Shown: one piece after another, positions 41,345-52,278 of the stretch
Numbering within the stretch: the first letter of the stretch is position 1
How the letters are laid out: every line of letters starts with the position of its first letter
DNA from: Carpediemonas membranifera BICM
Taxonomy: Eukaryota; Protista; Fornicata
Assembly (NCBI GenBank): GCA_019828565.1
Contig: JAHDYR010000062.1
Location: 1,374,421 to 1,438,420, forward strand
DNA: 64,000 nucleotides
Direction: 5' to 3'
Program-made: the position numbers and the translations under genes
Notes under the pieces: model-generated
The model's input: only the letters and a program-made list of their open reading frames with translations
What the model was told of the DNA's origin: nothing
Databases searched by the model: none

Positions 41345-43315
41345 TTAATGGCTGTTAGGCACCACGAGAGAACCAGGGGCATACGATACATACTGCGGCA
41401 GTTGGACTGGGGGCAGATGTTCATGGGCCGAGGGGCCGTAGCTGGCAGGGGGCATAGACATGATGGGCCGGGTGCGGGCGTACATGGCAGCGGCCGACTC
41501 AGTGCCGCCCCTGGTCTTCTTTGTCTTTTTGCCGCGGCGCTGGGAGATGCATCCGACGATGAGGCCGAGGGGCAGACAGACCAGGCAGACTCCGACAAAG
41601 CAGGGCATGCAGCAGCACCCACCCCACACGGCGACAAAGAGAGCGCCTGCGATGAAGTAGCCGAACCAGTCGTTCTCTTCGGGCTCGGTCTCCTCCTCAG
41701 CACTGTAGGTGATGAAGACAGTCTTCGCGGCAAGTCTATAGCCGCCAGAGTAGAGTCTGAACGTGCGCTGCTCGGTGTGGGTGTCGTAGTCGGGCAGACT
41801 GTCGGCACTGGCAAGGGTGGGGACAGTGAAGCACAGCTTGCCGTCCTCGATGTGCGTCCAGACAGTCTGCTCGCTGGTCTGGTCGCCAGAGTACATCTTG
41901 ACTGCGAAGTTGGAGTCGGAGGCGAAAACTGCACGATCCAACTCGAAGCAGAGCTCGGAGCCAGAGTAGACGTATTCCGCGGTCAGGCTGGGAGAGAGCT
42001 CATTGGCAAAGTCAGACGTACTGACGCTGGTCTCATACTCGCAGGTGGTGGTGTTCGGAGTCGCCGTGACCGTCGTCAGTGTGACAGTGCGGCCAGCGAA
42101 GGTCTGGTTTGTCATGCATACCGTGCCGTCAGTAGAAGCTGACACGCCCAGACCATCGACTGACACGGTCTTGTCACCAAACAGGGCCAGGGCTGTGGCA
42201 TGGGCGGTCACGGAGACGCCGTTGCTGAGGTTGACCGTAACGGTGTTGTTCTGACCGAGCTGGAGCGCCTCATCAAACGATGAGACGACAGGGACGACCG
42301 CAAAGTCGCCGCCGTTTGAGCCAATAGCCTTGACAAAGCATTCGACAGTGTAGTCGGCGGTCGAGATAGAAGCTGACACGGCAGAGCTCGCCCCGACCAC
42401 CCAAGGCTTGACAATGAGGGGAGACCCTTCGCTCAGCACAGAGTTATCTTCGACGGCCGAGTAGCAACGAGCATAGCCGTCAGCGTCGTCGGGTGTGCCG
42501 GTGTTGGCGGGGCAGGTGAGGCAGGCGGTGTGGCCCGTGCTGGGCTGGTACTTCCCGTCGTTGCAGGCGACAGGAAGGTCAGTCGTACTGGGAGCAGCGT
42601 AGCCAGCGGGGGCAGTTATGCAAGCGCTGCAGCCGGTGACGTTGGTGTACGAGCCAGAGGTGCAGGGAGTGGAGGCGGTGTGGGGTTGGGTGTCGTTCGG
42701 GACAAAGAAGCCGGCCTGGGCCTCGAGGCAGACAGCCTGGCCGACGTCAGGCTGGTACTTGCCGTTGTAACACATGGTAAGCTCATCGCCGTCGGCGGCG
42801 TACCCGACTGGAGCGACCGTGCAGGTCGAGTCGGTTGTGTTGAAGAAGTATCCGGAGTCACAGCGCTTGATGTTGAAGGTGAGCTTGACGCTGTGAACTC
42901 GGAGGTAGTCTTCCGCGGCGCTGTCACTGAAGAACACGTTCCAGACCCCCTGCTGGTTGCCGAGGGCTGCCAGCGAACCCTCAGCGGGAACATCGCAGCT
43001 GGCGGTCGCGTTGTCTGAGTAGCAGAAGACTGTAGATGCACTGATGTCACCACTTCCGCCAGACCTATCGCGGATGAGGGCGACGTCAGATGGGCTGTAG
43101 ACGGCGACAAGCACGTCATTCGCATACGTCGTTTCAAACTGAATCTCCACCTTTGCTAGGCCGTTGTTGTTGTCGGGGGCCGCCAGTGAGAAGTTGTACC
43201 CTTCAGGGCGTCCGTCCGGTATCATCTGGTCGCCGGACCACGAGACAGTTTCCGTGGCGGCGTGTACAGAGACGCTGGCAAGAAGAAGGAGGAAGAATAC
43301 AAGTATTGCTCGCAT
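41345..43315 (-). CDS. Type I surface protein: P-domain-like N-terminus, Cys-rich GCC2_GCC3-like repeats, TM, Pro/Tyr tail
   Basis: Signal peptide MRAILVFF; DVLVAVYSP...GVWNVFFSD; CYNGKYQP and CNDGKYQP repeats. Confidence 0.7.
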   Translation of the reverse strand: MRAILVFFLLLLASVSVHAATETVSWSGDQMIPDGRPEGYNFSLAAPDNNNGLAKVEIQFETTYANDVLVAVYSPSDVALIRDRSGGSGDISASTVFCYSDNATASCDVPAEGSLAALGNQQGVWNVFFSDSAAEDYLRVHSVKLTFNIKRCDSGYFFNTTDSTCTVAPVGYAADGDELTMCYNGKYQPDVGQAVCLEAQAGFFVPNDTQPHTASTPCTSGSYTNVTGCSACITAPAGYAAPSTTDLPVACNDGKYQPSTGHTACLTCPANTGTPDDADGYARCYSAVEDNSVLSEGSPLIVKPWVVGASSAVSASISTADYTVECFVKAIGSNGGDFAVVPVVSSFDEALQLGQNNTVTVNLSNGVSVTAHATALALFGDKTVSVDGLGVSASTDGTVCMTNQTFAGRTVTLTTVTATPNTTTCEYETSVSTSDFANELSPSLTAEYVYSGSELCFELDRAVFASDSNFAVKMYSGDQTSEQTVWTHIEDGKLCFTVPTLASADSLPDYDTHTEQRTFRLYSGGYRLAAKTVFITYSAEEETEPEENDWFGYFIAGALFVAVWGGCCCMPCFVGVCLVCLPLGLIVGCISQRRGKKTKKTRGGTESAAAMYARTRPIMSMPPASYGPSAHEHLPPVQLPQYVSYAPGSLVVPNSH

Positions 43316-43589
43316 TTTGGTACAAGCCACGATCTCGAGGTGAGATCGACTTTGAGATCGAGATATCGACAATATTGCGCTATTTTTGGTGACACCCAAG
43401 AGTCACCTCTCAGGCTATTAGTCGCTATAGAGCACCGCACTCTGGAGTTGAAAGACCAGTCATGGTTTAGACACTGTGTCGATATATCTTAAAACTGCGA
43501 AAACGGAAAACCAAGGTTCCTGGGAGCAATACGTCACCACAACAGTAGCATACTATGACAAATTTATAGACACAATGCTCCACTAGCGC

Positions 43590-44162
43590 TCAGAGGCCCT
43601 CCTTGGTGACACCGAGGTCCACCATCTTGCCCGGCACGAGCGACTGGACCAGACCATGTATGGCGATGGCCTGGCCATGGCGCCACGCCTCCTGGACCAC
43701 ATGCATCTGGGCGATCGTGTTGACCTGGGCAATGACGTTGAGCTCGACGACCTTGTCCCACTTCTCTTCCTTCGTCAGGCTGGAAAGCTCATCGCGGTGG
43801 TTGTCGACAACCTTGCGCAGAGGAGCAAGCCAGCGATGAATAGATCCCTGGGTGTTACCTTCGAGCGCAGCCATGCATCCACCGCACTTTTGGTGGCCGA
43901 CGATACAGATGTGGCGGACATGCAGGTGCTCCACGGCGTACTCGAGCACGGCTTGAGAATTGTCGTCCATCTGGAGCATGTTGGCGATGTTTCTGTGGAC
44001 GAAGAGCTGCCCCGGCTCGCTCTTTGTCTGAAGATTGGGCGCAACACGGCTATCACTGCAGGCGATCCACAGCACCTCGGGAGATTGGCCTTGAACAAGC
44101 TTGGACAGAAGCTCGTTGTTTTCTACAGCCCAGTTCTCGTAGTTATTCAGAATCGTCTCCAT
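43590..44162 (-). CDS. Beta-class carbonic anhydrase
   Basis: WIACSDSRV, LFVHRNIAN, LEYAV and GHQKCGG zinc-ligand motifs. Confidence 0.95.
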   Translation of the reverse strand: METILNNYENWAVENNELLSKLVQGQSPEVLWIACSDSRVAPNLQTKSEPGQLFVHRNIANMLQMDDNSQAVLEYAVEHLHVRHICIVGHQKCGGCMAALEGNTQGSIHRWLAPLRKVVDNHRDELSSLTKEEKWDKVVELNVIAQVNTIAQMHVVQEAWRHGQAIAIHGLVQSLVPGKMVDLGVTKEGL

Positions 44163-44287
44163 TGGCCAACCGATCAGTCCTGTGCTTTTTCCAGGTCAAC
44201 AACGGTCAAGGGTGAGGGAATAAAAAGGGGACAACGGTCAATAGCGTCTACCATGGTCGATGGCCCAAATCTATTGCTTTTATTCGT

Positions 44288-45256
44288 CTACCAGAGCTTC
44301 GGCTTCTTGATGTGAATGTGCTTCAGTGCGTCATTCACCGCCTTCTTGGCCTCGTTGGCAGCCTTCTCGGCAGTCTTCTTCGCCTCGGCGGCAGCTTGGG
44401 CAGGGTCCTTGATGGCCTTGCCTACCTCGGTTACAGCCAGGTTAGCAGTGTCCTTCGCGGTGTCAGCGGCCTTGCCGATCTCCTTGGCGGCATCGTTCAC
44501 GATCTTCTTGGCTTCGCCGGCTGCAGCCTCAGCGGCCTTCTTAGCTTCACTGGCGGCGGCTTCGGCAGCCTTCTCGGCAGTCTTCTTCGCCTCGGCGGCA
44601 GCTTGGGCAGGGTCCTTGATGGCCTTGCCTACCTCGGTTACAGCCAGGTTAGCAGTGTCCTTCGCGGTGTCAGCGGCCTTGCCGATCTCCTTGGCGGCAT
44701 CGTTCACGATCTTCTTGGCTTCGCCTGCTGCAGCCTCAGCGGCCTTCTTCGCCTCAGCGGCGGCCTTCTCGGCAGTCTCCTTCGCGTGGTCCGCGGCGTT
44801 AGACACTCCACCAACAACACCCTCGGCGACCTTCTTGGCGCCATCTGCGGCGTCCCCGGCAAGGTGCACGGAAGCCCCAGCCACGTCGCCAGCGGCGTTG
44901 AGCGCGGCCTTGGCACCATCGCCGACGAACTCCATGACCTCTTCGGCAGCGTCACCGGCAGCATCAACGGCGGCGCCAGCGACCTTTTGGGCGTTTTCGG
45001 CGGCATCACCGATAGCCGCCTTTCCCGCTTCAAATCCCTTGCCAACTGTCTCAGCTGCATGCTTAGCGCCGTCAATAGCATGTCCCGCGAATTCCTGGCC
45101 CTTCTCGAATGCCTCACCGCCCATGTCGGTGGCCTTCTTGGCGAGCTGGCCAGCCTTCTCGCCAGCGACGCTCGAAATCATCATCTCGGCCATATTCGGC
45201 GCTGCTGCCTTCATGCATGACTGGAAACACGATGCAAAGAGATTGATTCTGACCAT
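44288..45256 (-). CDS. LEA-like Ala/Lys/Glu-rich repeat protein
   Basis: 11-mer-like amphipathic repeats with an internal 69-aa duplication. Start uncertain (ORF open to 45352). Confidence 0.7.
   Translation of the reverse strand: MVRINLFASCFQSCMKAAAPNMAEMMISSVAGEKAGQLAKKATDMGGEAFEKGQEFAGHAIDGAKHAAETVGKGFEAGKAAIGDAAENAQKVAGAAVDAAGDAAEEVMEFVGDGAKAALNAAGDVAGASVHLAGDAADGAKKVAEGVVGGVSNAADHAKETAEKAAAEAKKAAEAAAGEAKKIVNDAAKEIGKAADTAKDTANLAVTEVGKAIKDPAQAAAEAKKTAEKAAEAAASEAKKAAEAAAGEAKKIVNDAAKEIGKAADTAKDTANLAVTEVGKAIKDPAQAAAEAKKTAEKAANEAKKAVNDALKHIHIKKPKLW
44357..44749. repeat. Near-perfect intragenic duplication, 207-nt period
   Basis: 44357-44542 matches 44564-44749 with one mismatch seen. Confidence 0.9.
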
Positions 45257-45490
45257 TTCGAGTTTCACCTTCTTTCTCAATGAGCAGATTTCCGATCTCC
45301 GATCTTTCCACATCGAAGATCCGCTTAGCCCGACAAGATACTCATCATACACGAGCCTGGCTCAATCCACTGTTTCTCATTTCCATTGAGGCAGTCTTGA
45401 GATAAATTTCTGATCGGGACTGATTCTTGGAATTGGATTCTGACACTGCTGATTCACTCATCGAGCAATACGACATGCCATTTACATACA

Positions 45491-46057
45491 TCAGTGAGCT
45501 CCACACTGCTGGTAGCCACTGGGCTCCTGGCCGCTGGGCTGGTACGCCCCAGGGGGCGCGTAGGGCTGCGCCTGCATGGGGGGGTAGGGTGCCTGCGGCT
45601 GGCCCTGCTGGAACTGCTGGGGGGCCATGCCGAGGGGCTGGTAGCCGTAGCTGGGGTTAAGGGCGCGGGCCTTGACGCCGTTCTTCTGGTAGAAGCCGAT
45701 GAGGACGAGGATGATGCCGACCGCGAACAGGATGAAGCCGAAGTTGGCAAGGAAGGGACTGAGCATGATGCAGATGATCCCATAGGGTATGAGGGTTTGC
45801 TTGGAGTATGTGCCCTTGAAGGCCTTGATGAGGCAGAAGAAGAGGACGACTTCCGCCACAATAACGATAAGAATAAATGCGATAACGACAAGAAGGGGAG
45901 AGATCGCGATGAGGAAGTAGATGACGAAGACGACGAAGAGAGAGATCAACGCGCCGACGCCGTCGCCAGAATCGCCAGAATCGTCGTCATCATCGCACAT
46001 GACAGTAGCGAACAAGAACGTGAAGAGTATAGCCTTCCAGAGGAGAGATGAACGCAT
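45491..46057 (-). CDS. Small membrane protein with signal peptide and Pro/Gln/Tyr-rich tail
   Basis: Signal peptide, acidic patch, several hydrophobic helices and a YQP-rich C-terminus. Confidence 0.7.
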   Translation of the reverse strand: MRSSLLWKAILFTFLFATVMCDDDDDSGDSGDGVGALISLFVVFVIYFLIAISPLLVVIAFILIVIVAEVVLFFCLIKAFKGTYSKQTLIPYGIICIMLSPFLANFGFILFAVGIILVLIGFYQKNGVKARALNPSYGYQPLGMAPQQFQQGQPQAPYPPMQAQPYAPPGAYQPSGQEPSGYQQCGAH

Positions 46058-46178
46058 GTGTTTGCTTGGACAAGAAATCTACAATCTCGAGATCCCGAGA
46101 TTGTAGAATTTACGGGGATTTAACGAAGAATCTACAGTGCCATCGCGACTTGATATTGTCATCCGGAAGTTTATAAAC

Positions 46179-47309
46179 CTACTTGTACTGCCTGTTAATG
46201 TTCGTGACCATGGCGCCCTTGGTGACGTAAATCGTCGTCCCCGACGCTCCAGGCTCCTTGCTGAACGTCACATGCAGCATTTCCTCAATAACCCGCTCGA
46301 GCTCCTCGATGAACGGGGTCATCAGGCCGACCCTCAGCTTGGACACCTCTGGGCAGAGGGCCATGAGGCACAGGGCGAGGGGGACGAGCTGGGGCGAAAC
46401 ACACCCGCCGCCCGCAATTACACCGAGAGTGCGTCGGGCAGCAAGCGTGCCCACGCGGATGGCGGGGTTGACCGCGTCTGTGTCGACCCTCGCCTCGGGG
46501 AAGCACATCGAGGACGCCTCGGCCACGCGCGTGACCTCGGCGTCCGTCTGGGTGACCGTGAAGACGCCATATCCGCCTGCTGAGTGCTGCGGCTTTGCCT
46601 TGACGGCCAGATTGTTGGATGAATCGGCGTTGATGTACTGGCGCATGACGTTGTTGGTCGTGGCCATCGCAGTGGTGGGCAGGTCGTTCGCGGCGATGCC
46701 CCATGCATACGTCAGCAGCCGCTTCACCTGACCCTCGTTGACCAGGTCAATCGGCTCAAGGTTCTTGACACAAGGCATAGTCACGGCCACCTCGCCCTGA
46801 GGGATCGCCTTCGAGTCCTGACTGGGGTCCATCACAGCACGGGTGGCGATGTGTATCCGGGCGCCGTCGATACCCGCGGCCTTGAGCACGGGCAACCCGC
46901 CGGTCTGAAGGACGTCGGCGGATAGGTCAATCGCATTGTGGGTGGCGCCGAAGAGCTTAATGCGCGTGGTTGCTGTGATATTCTGATCCTCACCGCTGGA
47001 GAAGGCCAGCATGACGAGAACAGGCTCCAGGTACCAGGCTATGGTCCTCGAGGGGTGGAGGCGGTAGGATCGGCCGCCGACGGTGGGAATGGATCCGGGG
47101 GGGTTGAAATGGAACGTGCGACCAGAAACCCACCAGAAACGCCCATATTCCTGGCCAACGACCTTAGGAGTACAGATCTTGACGACGAAATTAAGAAAAG
47201 ACTCTTCATACGGCTTCACGCGCTGTGTCTCATCCGTAAAGTCTGGGATGAGCAATGGATTCTTTGTGATGACGGATAAGACGACTCTATAGCGAAAAGC
47301 ATCGGCCAT
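46179..47309 (-). CDS. RCL1: RNA 3'-terminal phosphate cyclase-like protein Rcl1
   Basis: FRYRVVLSV, YEESFLNFV, RTIAWYLEP, GATHNAIDLSADV and TNINR terminus. Confidence 0.8.
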   Translation of the reverse strand: MADAFRYRVVLSVITKNPLLIPDFTDETQRVKPYEESFLNFVVKICTPKVVGQEYGRFWWVSGRTFHFNPPGSIPTVGGRSYRLHPSRTIAWYLEPVLVMLAFSSGEDQNITATTRIKLFGATHNAIDLSADVLQTGGLPVLKAAGIDGARIHIATRAVMDPSQDSKAIPQGEVAVTMPCVKNLEPIDLVNEGQVKRLLTYAWGIAANDLPTTAMATTNNVMRQYINADSSNNLAVKAKPQHSAGGYGVFTVTQTDAEVTRVAEASSMCFPEARVDTDAVNPAIRVGTLAARRTLGVIAGGGCVSPQLVPLALCLMALCPEVSKLRVGLMTPFIEELERVIEEMLHVTFSKEPGASGTTIYVTKGAMVTNINRQYK

Positions 47310-47522
47310 TGTATCAAACTCGCCTCTCGATCCTCCTCGTCGGGTCCGTTAATGGTAAACATATGGACATGTATATCAGCCATAAAACAGCCAGCAACAC
47401 CTAGACATGAGCTTAGAGACTACTGGTGAGACTATCTTCTTTCAGCCCCAGGAAACAAGTCCCTCCGCCGAGACCCACACCCGTAAGTACCCCGCTGGTT
47501 TACTCCATCAAGCTATGATACA

Positions 47523-49653
47523 CTACCGCCTGCCCTCGGACACCAGCCCCCGGGCCAGTGGGATGTCCCCACTCCCACTCCGCTTCATCCTGAGTCCAGA
47601 CATCGGCCGGGTGGGAGCAGCACTGCGCTGGTTCGTGTGGCCCTGGTTATACTGCGCTTCGGTGTTCTGAACAGCAGAGGCGGGCACCACGTCAGGCCCC
47701 GTGGGTCCTAGGGCGTCCTCGGTCGTGTACCGCGTGTTCGTGGGGTACTGCTGCTTCCTCTGGTGTGTGAAAGCTGACACAGGCCTCTTGGACGCGGAGT
47801 CGATCTGCCGGACCTGCGGCCTGAGGATATTCCCTGCCTTATCCTGCGAAGTTAAGTACCAGATCTGCTCGACCTCGTCCCACTGGGCCAACGAGAGCAC
47901 GGCGTCCTTCATGTCGGCGGGCAGCAGACAGTCCGAGATGAGGGCCTCGAGGTTGAGTTCTCTGAGGAACTGGCTCTGTTGTTCGAGAAGCTCGGCGTTC
48001 TCCTGGCGGAGCTGGGCGGCGATCTCGTACGCCTCCTCGAGTGCCGCGTCCTTCTCCATGAGCGCCCTCTCTCTGTCCGCGAGCACCCCATGGGTCTGTT
48101 CAAGCTCAGACTCGAGCGACTCCACTGCCGCCGTCTTCTCGTCGAGTTCCTCTTGCAAGCTGTTGTACGTCGCCTTGAACGTCTGCTCGCGGCGCTTGTA
48201 GTGGTTCTTGATCTTCCCAAGGTCATCGTGGAACTTCTGCTGCAGCTGCACCTTCTCCTTGCTCTTTTCACGGAGTTTCAGCTTAGCCTTCTGCAGCAGC
48301 GCCTTGTGCTCGTGGGCCCTTGTCTTGAGGCTCTCCTCGACAATCCCGCCCTTGACCAGCTGTGCCTCCTTCTCCTCCAGCTTCGACTTCATCGCATCGA
48401 GTTGCCTCTGAGCCTCCTTCGCCGCTTCCGTGTCTGCCGCGGGCACGCCGTTCACTGGCGGTGAGGCGACTACACCGGCGACCACGCCCACCTGCTGGCC
48501 GAGCATGGCCTTAAGCTGCTCGATCTGGTCCCTCATCTGTCTGAGCATAGCATCCTTGGGGTCCTCGTTGATACGCGGCTTGTTCTTGATCTGCTTAGCT
48601 CTGTCTGCAAACCGCAGCGTGCTGAGCGTCTCGTCGTAGTTGTAGCCTGCAGGACCAATATTGGCGATCATCACGGTCTTAGAATTCCCGCCGAGCGAAT
48701 CCTGGAGGAGCTTGGTCAACTTAGAGTCGCTGTACGGCACATGCTCCTTGGGGTTGTCTGCCCGCGCCACGAGGGCTGTGATACACCGTCCGAGCGTCGT
48801 CAGTGACATGTTGATCTTCACGCCCTCTTGGAAACGGGCACCCTCCGCGCCGGTCTTCTTCTGCCGCTCCGAGCCTGCCAGATCGACCAGATTGAGCTTA
48901 CCGACCTTGAACGTCTCCTTGCCGTCAATGACCTCGCGACATTCCATGCGAAGTGTGAAGATCGAGTGAGATCTCGACGACTGCTTGTTCATGGCCGTAG
49001 CGGCTGTGACACGGGCCTTGTTGCCCCGCTTGACAATCTGGTCGACGTCTGCCTCACACTTGACTGTGTGCGCAGACAGGCCTTCGACGAAAAAGGCCTC
49101 GATGTTTTTGTCGTAACGCAGCTTCAGCTTCTCTCCCTTTTTCGGCTCCAACAGGTCTCTGATCTCCTCATTGTAGATCTCGAGGAAGGAGGCCTGGATC
49201 AGGAACTGATGGTCTTTCGGGGCGTCCCCCACTGTGTCGAAGAAGTACTGCATGGCGTTGGGAATGATGCCTCGCTTGTCAGGGGGGGAGTTCTCACCGG
49301 ACATGGTGAAGGTCTTGCCTGTGTGAGGGTGGTGGGGTGTACTAACCAGAGCCGGTCTGGCCGTAGGCGAAGATGGTGCCGTTGTAGCCCTTGATAACGT
49401 CGTCAACAATGGGCTGGATTGAGCCCGCAAAAACATCAATCTGAGTGCTATCGGCATCATATACACCGTCATACGTGAACGTCTTGGTTCCAAACTTCTT
49501 ATCGGGGTCAGGGTTGCGGATATGTACCTGATTCATGTTGGGATCCATCTGCACGATGGCCTCGCCCTCCTCGTGACCACCAATCGGACGAACACGAACG
49601 ATAACCTTCACATTATCGGCGGAGGAAGAGTTTGAGCTGTGCTTCTTCGCCAT
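47523..49653 (-). CDS. Kinesin-2 (KIF3/FLA10-like) motor, two exons (49653-49347, 49318-47523)
   Basis: NVKVIVRVRP, GQTGS|GKT P-loop split by an intron, SSRSH, LVDLAGSE and NKPRINEDPKDA neck. Confidence 0.9.
49319..49346 (-). other. Spliceosomal intron (28 nt)
   Basis: GTTAGT...CTCACACAG; removal restores GQTGSGKTFTM. Confidence 0.92.
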
Positions 49654-49996
49654 GCGTGATGTTGAGTACTAAACTGCGAATTTTGGGTCCGACGTTCCTG
49701 AGCCCGAGGAGCGGCCCGTGACGAGCTTGGATGATGCTTTCACGTAAGCCGCTGCCGAGGATTTGTGGGATTTGCACAGAAATTTCTGCGTTCCTTCTTC
49801 CAACTCGATCTTCTAAAATCCATTTTAGCCAACACGCTCCGCCAAGCTAATCATGCAACACTGCCGCGCAATCTGACCACGTGCAGCATTCCGCAGTTTT
49901 AGACACCATCGGAGGCAAATCTGACGAAACCTGTCAGTGACCTGCTGCGGCAGTTACAGCAATGTCATTCAATCATCACGAGCGATACCACCTGCA

Positions 49997-51976
49997 ATGA
50001 CGCGATCTATGCAGAATGACTACTCGTCGTCGGACTATTCATCGGATTATTCATCATACGACTCTGAATACGACAGCGAGTACGATTCCTCGGCATCAGG
50101 CAGCTCATCTGACGGAAACATGGCAAAACTTAAGCAGCTAGCGAGATTGAGGGCCATGCAGCACAACCCCGGCCCGGCACAGGAGCTGCGCCAGGTGAAC
50201 CAGCAGCCCCAGGCGGTACAGAGCCAGCCCATCCAGCAAATCATTCAGCCCGCCATCATCGCCCCATCCGAGGCGAGTCGTCGCATCGTGCACTACTCTT
50301 CCAAGATGTCTTACGACGAGGTATGGGACTACACGCAAGAGTTCTTCGGCCGGTGCAACGACAGAATCAAGGCCAAGCACAGAGCTGCGTTCGCCCGCGA
50401 CGAGTCTATCCGGTGGCTGCACCTGATCTGGCTTGCGGCGTGGGGAATCACCGTCGGCACGATAGTCGCCATCGTCCTCATCTACCCAGGCCTGCTCGCG
50501 GACATTCTCGACTACTCCACCTACGGCTACTTCTTGTTCACTGCGATCGAGTACGCGCTCATCCTCCGGTCGCTGAAAACGGCAGTTTATGACCCGCCCA
50601 TCGTGCTGGAGGAGGAGGAGGAGGTGCAGCGGCTGCCCAAGGGCAAGGTATGTCTCATGCTTGCCTTTGGCTGGAACACGATTGGGCTATCTGACGAGGA
50701 GAAGGCAAAGGTCCGTGATTCCCGCCTTGCCGCTATTACGGACTCCATTGAGGCTGCAGGGAGGGTGTTCGAGCCCCAGGACATATTTGTCGTCCACAAC
50801 AGCAACGACGTCCAGTTCGACGAGGAGGACGGCACCAAGACTTCCGCCCTGCCCGACACGGTCGTGCAGGAGTTCCTTCGGGGCAAGGCAGTGTATGCTG
50901 GCCTCGAGATCGCCAACAAGTCCGTCGCCGTGTACTACTGCGCCGAGCTGGTCGACAGGCTGGGCTACGAGTACTCTATCGTGATGGACGACGACTGCGA
51001 GGTCCCCCCGCAGCTGACGGAGGTTCTCAGAGGGAACCTCGAGGACGACGCCTACTGCTTCGCCATCACTGCCGCCAGGAGCAATGAATCGTTCATGCCC
51101 CAGCTCCTGGCCAACGAGCAGGCGATCGAGTACGCCCTGTCCGATCTCGCCAAGATCTCCCAGGCCGCGTTCAGCCCCAAGGCCTCCGTCCTCTCGCCGC
51201 ACGGGGCCGCCAACATGTGGAAGGCGCACCTCCTGCCCCAAGTCATGGCCCAGCACAACTGCATATTCGACGGCGAAGACTACCAGATGGGGAAGATACT
51301 CCGCGAGAAGTTCCCCAAGGGCCGTATGTCGATGATCTCCTCCTGCCACGTCCCCACGAACGTCCCCACCGCCATCAGGGCGCTCACAAGGCAGCGGAAG
51401 AACTCGTGGGACCTGGCCGCCCACCAGTTCCTGTGCGGCGGGCTCTGCGGCAGTCCCCACACCGCAGAGTACCTGCAGGTGATCCTGTGCCTGCCGTTCA
51501 ACATCAGGAACATGGTGCTGCGCGTGTACACCGCCCAGGACGTCTGGACGGCGATTCAGGATTACTTTAGGGTGCCCCTGCTTGTCTGGTACATGTGGAA
51601 GACGGTGCTCAACCTCGAGATCAACTTGTGGGTTGTCGCGTCGTTCGCACTCATGTTTATCACTCAATGGACCGTCGCCTTTTCGTTCCAGCACTTTAAG
51701 GTCAAGAATCGGCCCGAGTTACAGATGAAGGGTGGCGCCGGCATGACCACTATGTGCTGCCTCGCCTTCCCCTTCTACCGATTCTATCTCTCCTTCGTCC
51801 GGGTCGCGTCGTTACTGACGTATCTGTTTTCGTACCAGTCGATTAAGCGGACGGCCATACCGGTCGCCCAAACCGGAGTCGAGTCGACCTTGCCCGAGTA
51901 CTTCACACTCGAGGACATCCCCAAGCGGGAGAGACGGCATCCGGTGACTACGCCCAGCCTAAATCAATCCCGCTAA
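49997..51976 (+). CDS. Membrane-embedded processive family-2 glycosyltransferase
   Basis: Two N-terminal TMs, NKS, MDDD, GED, RQRKNSW (QxxRW-like) and C-terminal TMs. Confidence 0.75.
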   Translation: MTRSMQNDYSSSDYSSDYSSYDSEYDSEYDSSASGSSSDGNMAKLKQLARLRAMQHNPGPAQELRQVNQQPQAVQSQPIQQIIQPAIIAPSEASRRIVHYSSKMSYDEVWDYTQEFFGRCNDRIKAKHRAAFARDESIRWLHLIWLAAWGITVGTIVAIVLIYPGLLADILDYSTYGYFLFTAIEYALILRSLKTAVYDPPIVLEEEEEVQRLPKGKVCLMLAFGWNTIGLSDEEKAKVRDSRLAAITDSIEAAGRVFEPQDIFVVHNSNDVQFDEEDGTKTSALPDTVVQEFLRGKAVYAGLEIANKSVAVYYCAELVDRLGYEYSIVMDDDCEVPPQLTEVLRGNLEDDAYCFAITAARSNESFMPQLLANEQAIEYALSDLAKISQAAFSPKASVLSPHGAANMWKAHLLPQVMAQHNCIFDGEDYQMGKILREKFPKGRMSMISSCHVPTNVPTAIRALTRQRKNSWDLAAHQFLCGGLCGSPHTAEYLQVILCLPFNIRNMVLRVYTAQDVWTAIQDYFRVPLLVWYMWKTVLNLEINLWVVASFALMFITQWTVAFSFQHFKVKNRPELQMKGGAGMTTMCCLAFPFYRFYLSFVRVASLLTYLFSYQSIKRTAIPVAQTGVESTLPEYFTLEDIPKRERRHPVTTPSLNQSR

Positions 51977-52278
51977 ATTTGCGGCTATAAATAGAGTTGA
52001 GATTGCGGCTTTCTGGAGTGGGCGAAGGAAGTGTGCCGAGTCTGGTGGGTCCCGAGGCCGATGTTGGTATGGCTGGGTTAAGACTCGAGAAGGTCCCCAA
52101 TCTTCACCGAATCAACAAGGAAGAGAATCAACAGAAGAAGTTTTTGCGTGGGAAGATTTTCAGCTTCCACTTTTCAGACAGTATCGATATCGATTTCGAA
52201 CGCGACCAGACAATGCGTTCCACCAAAGTGGTGTCCATTGGTGCCTACTTCTCCATCATTGTCAATGCCGCTTCGAAG

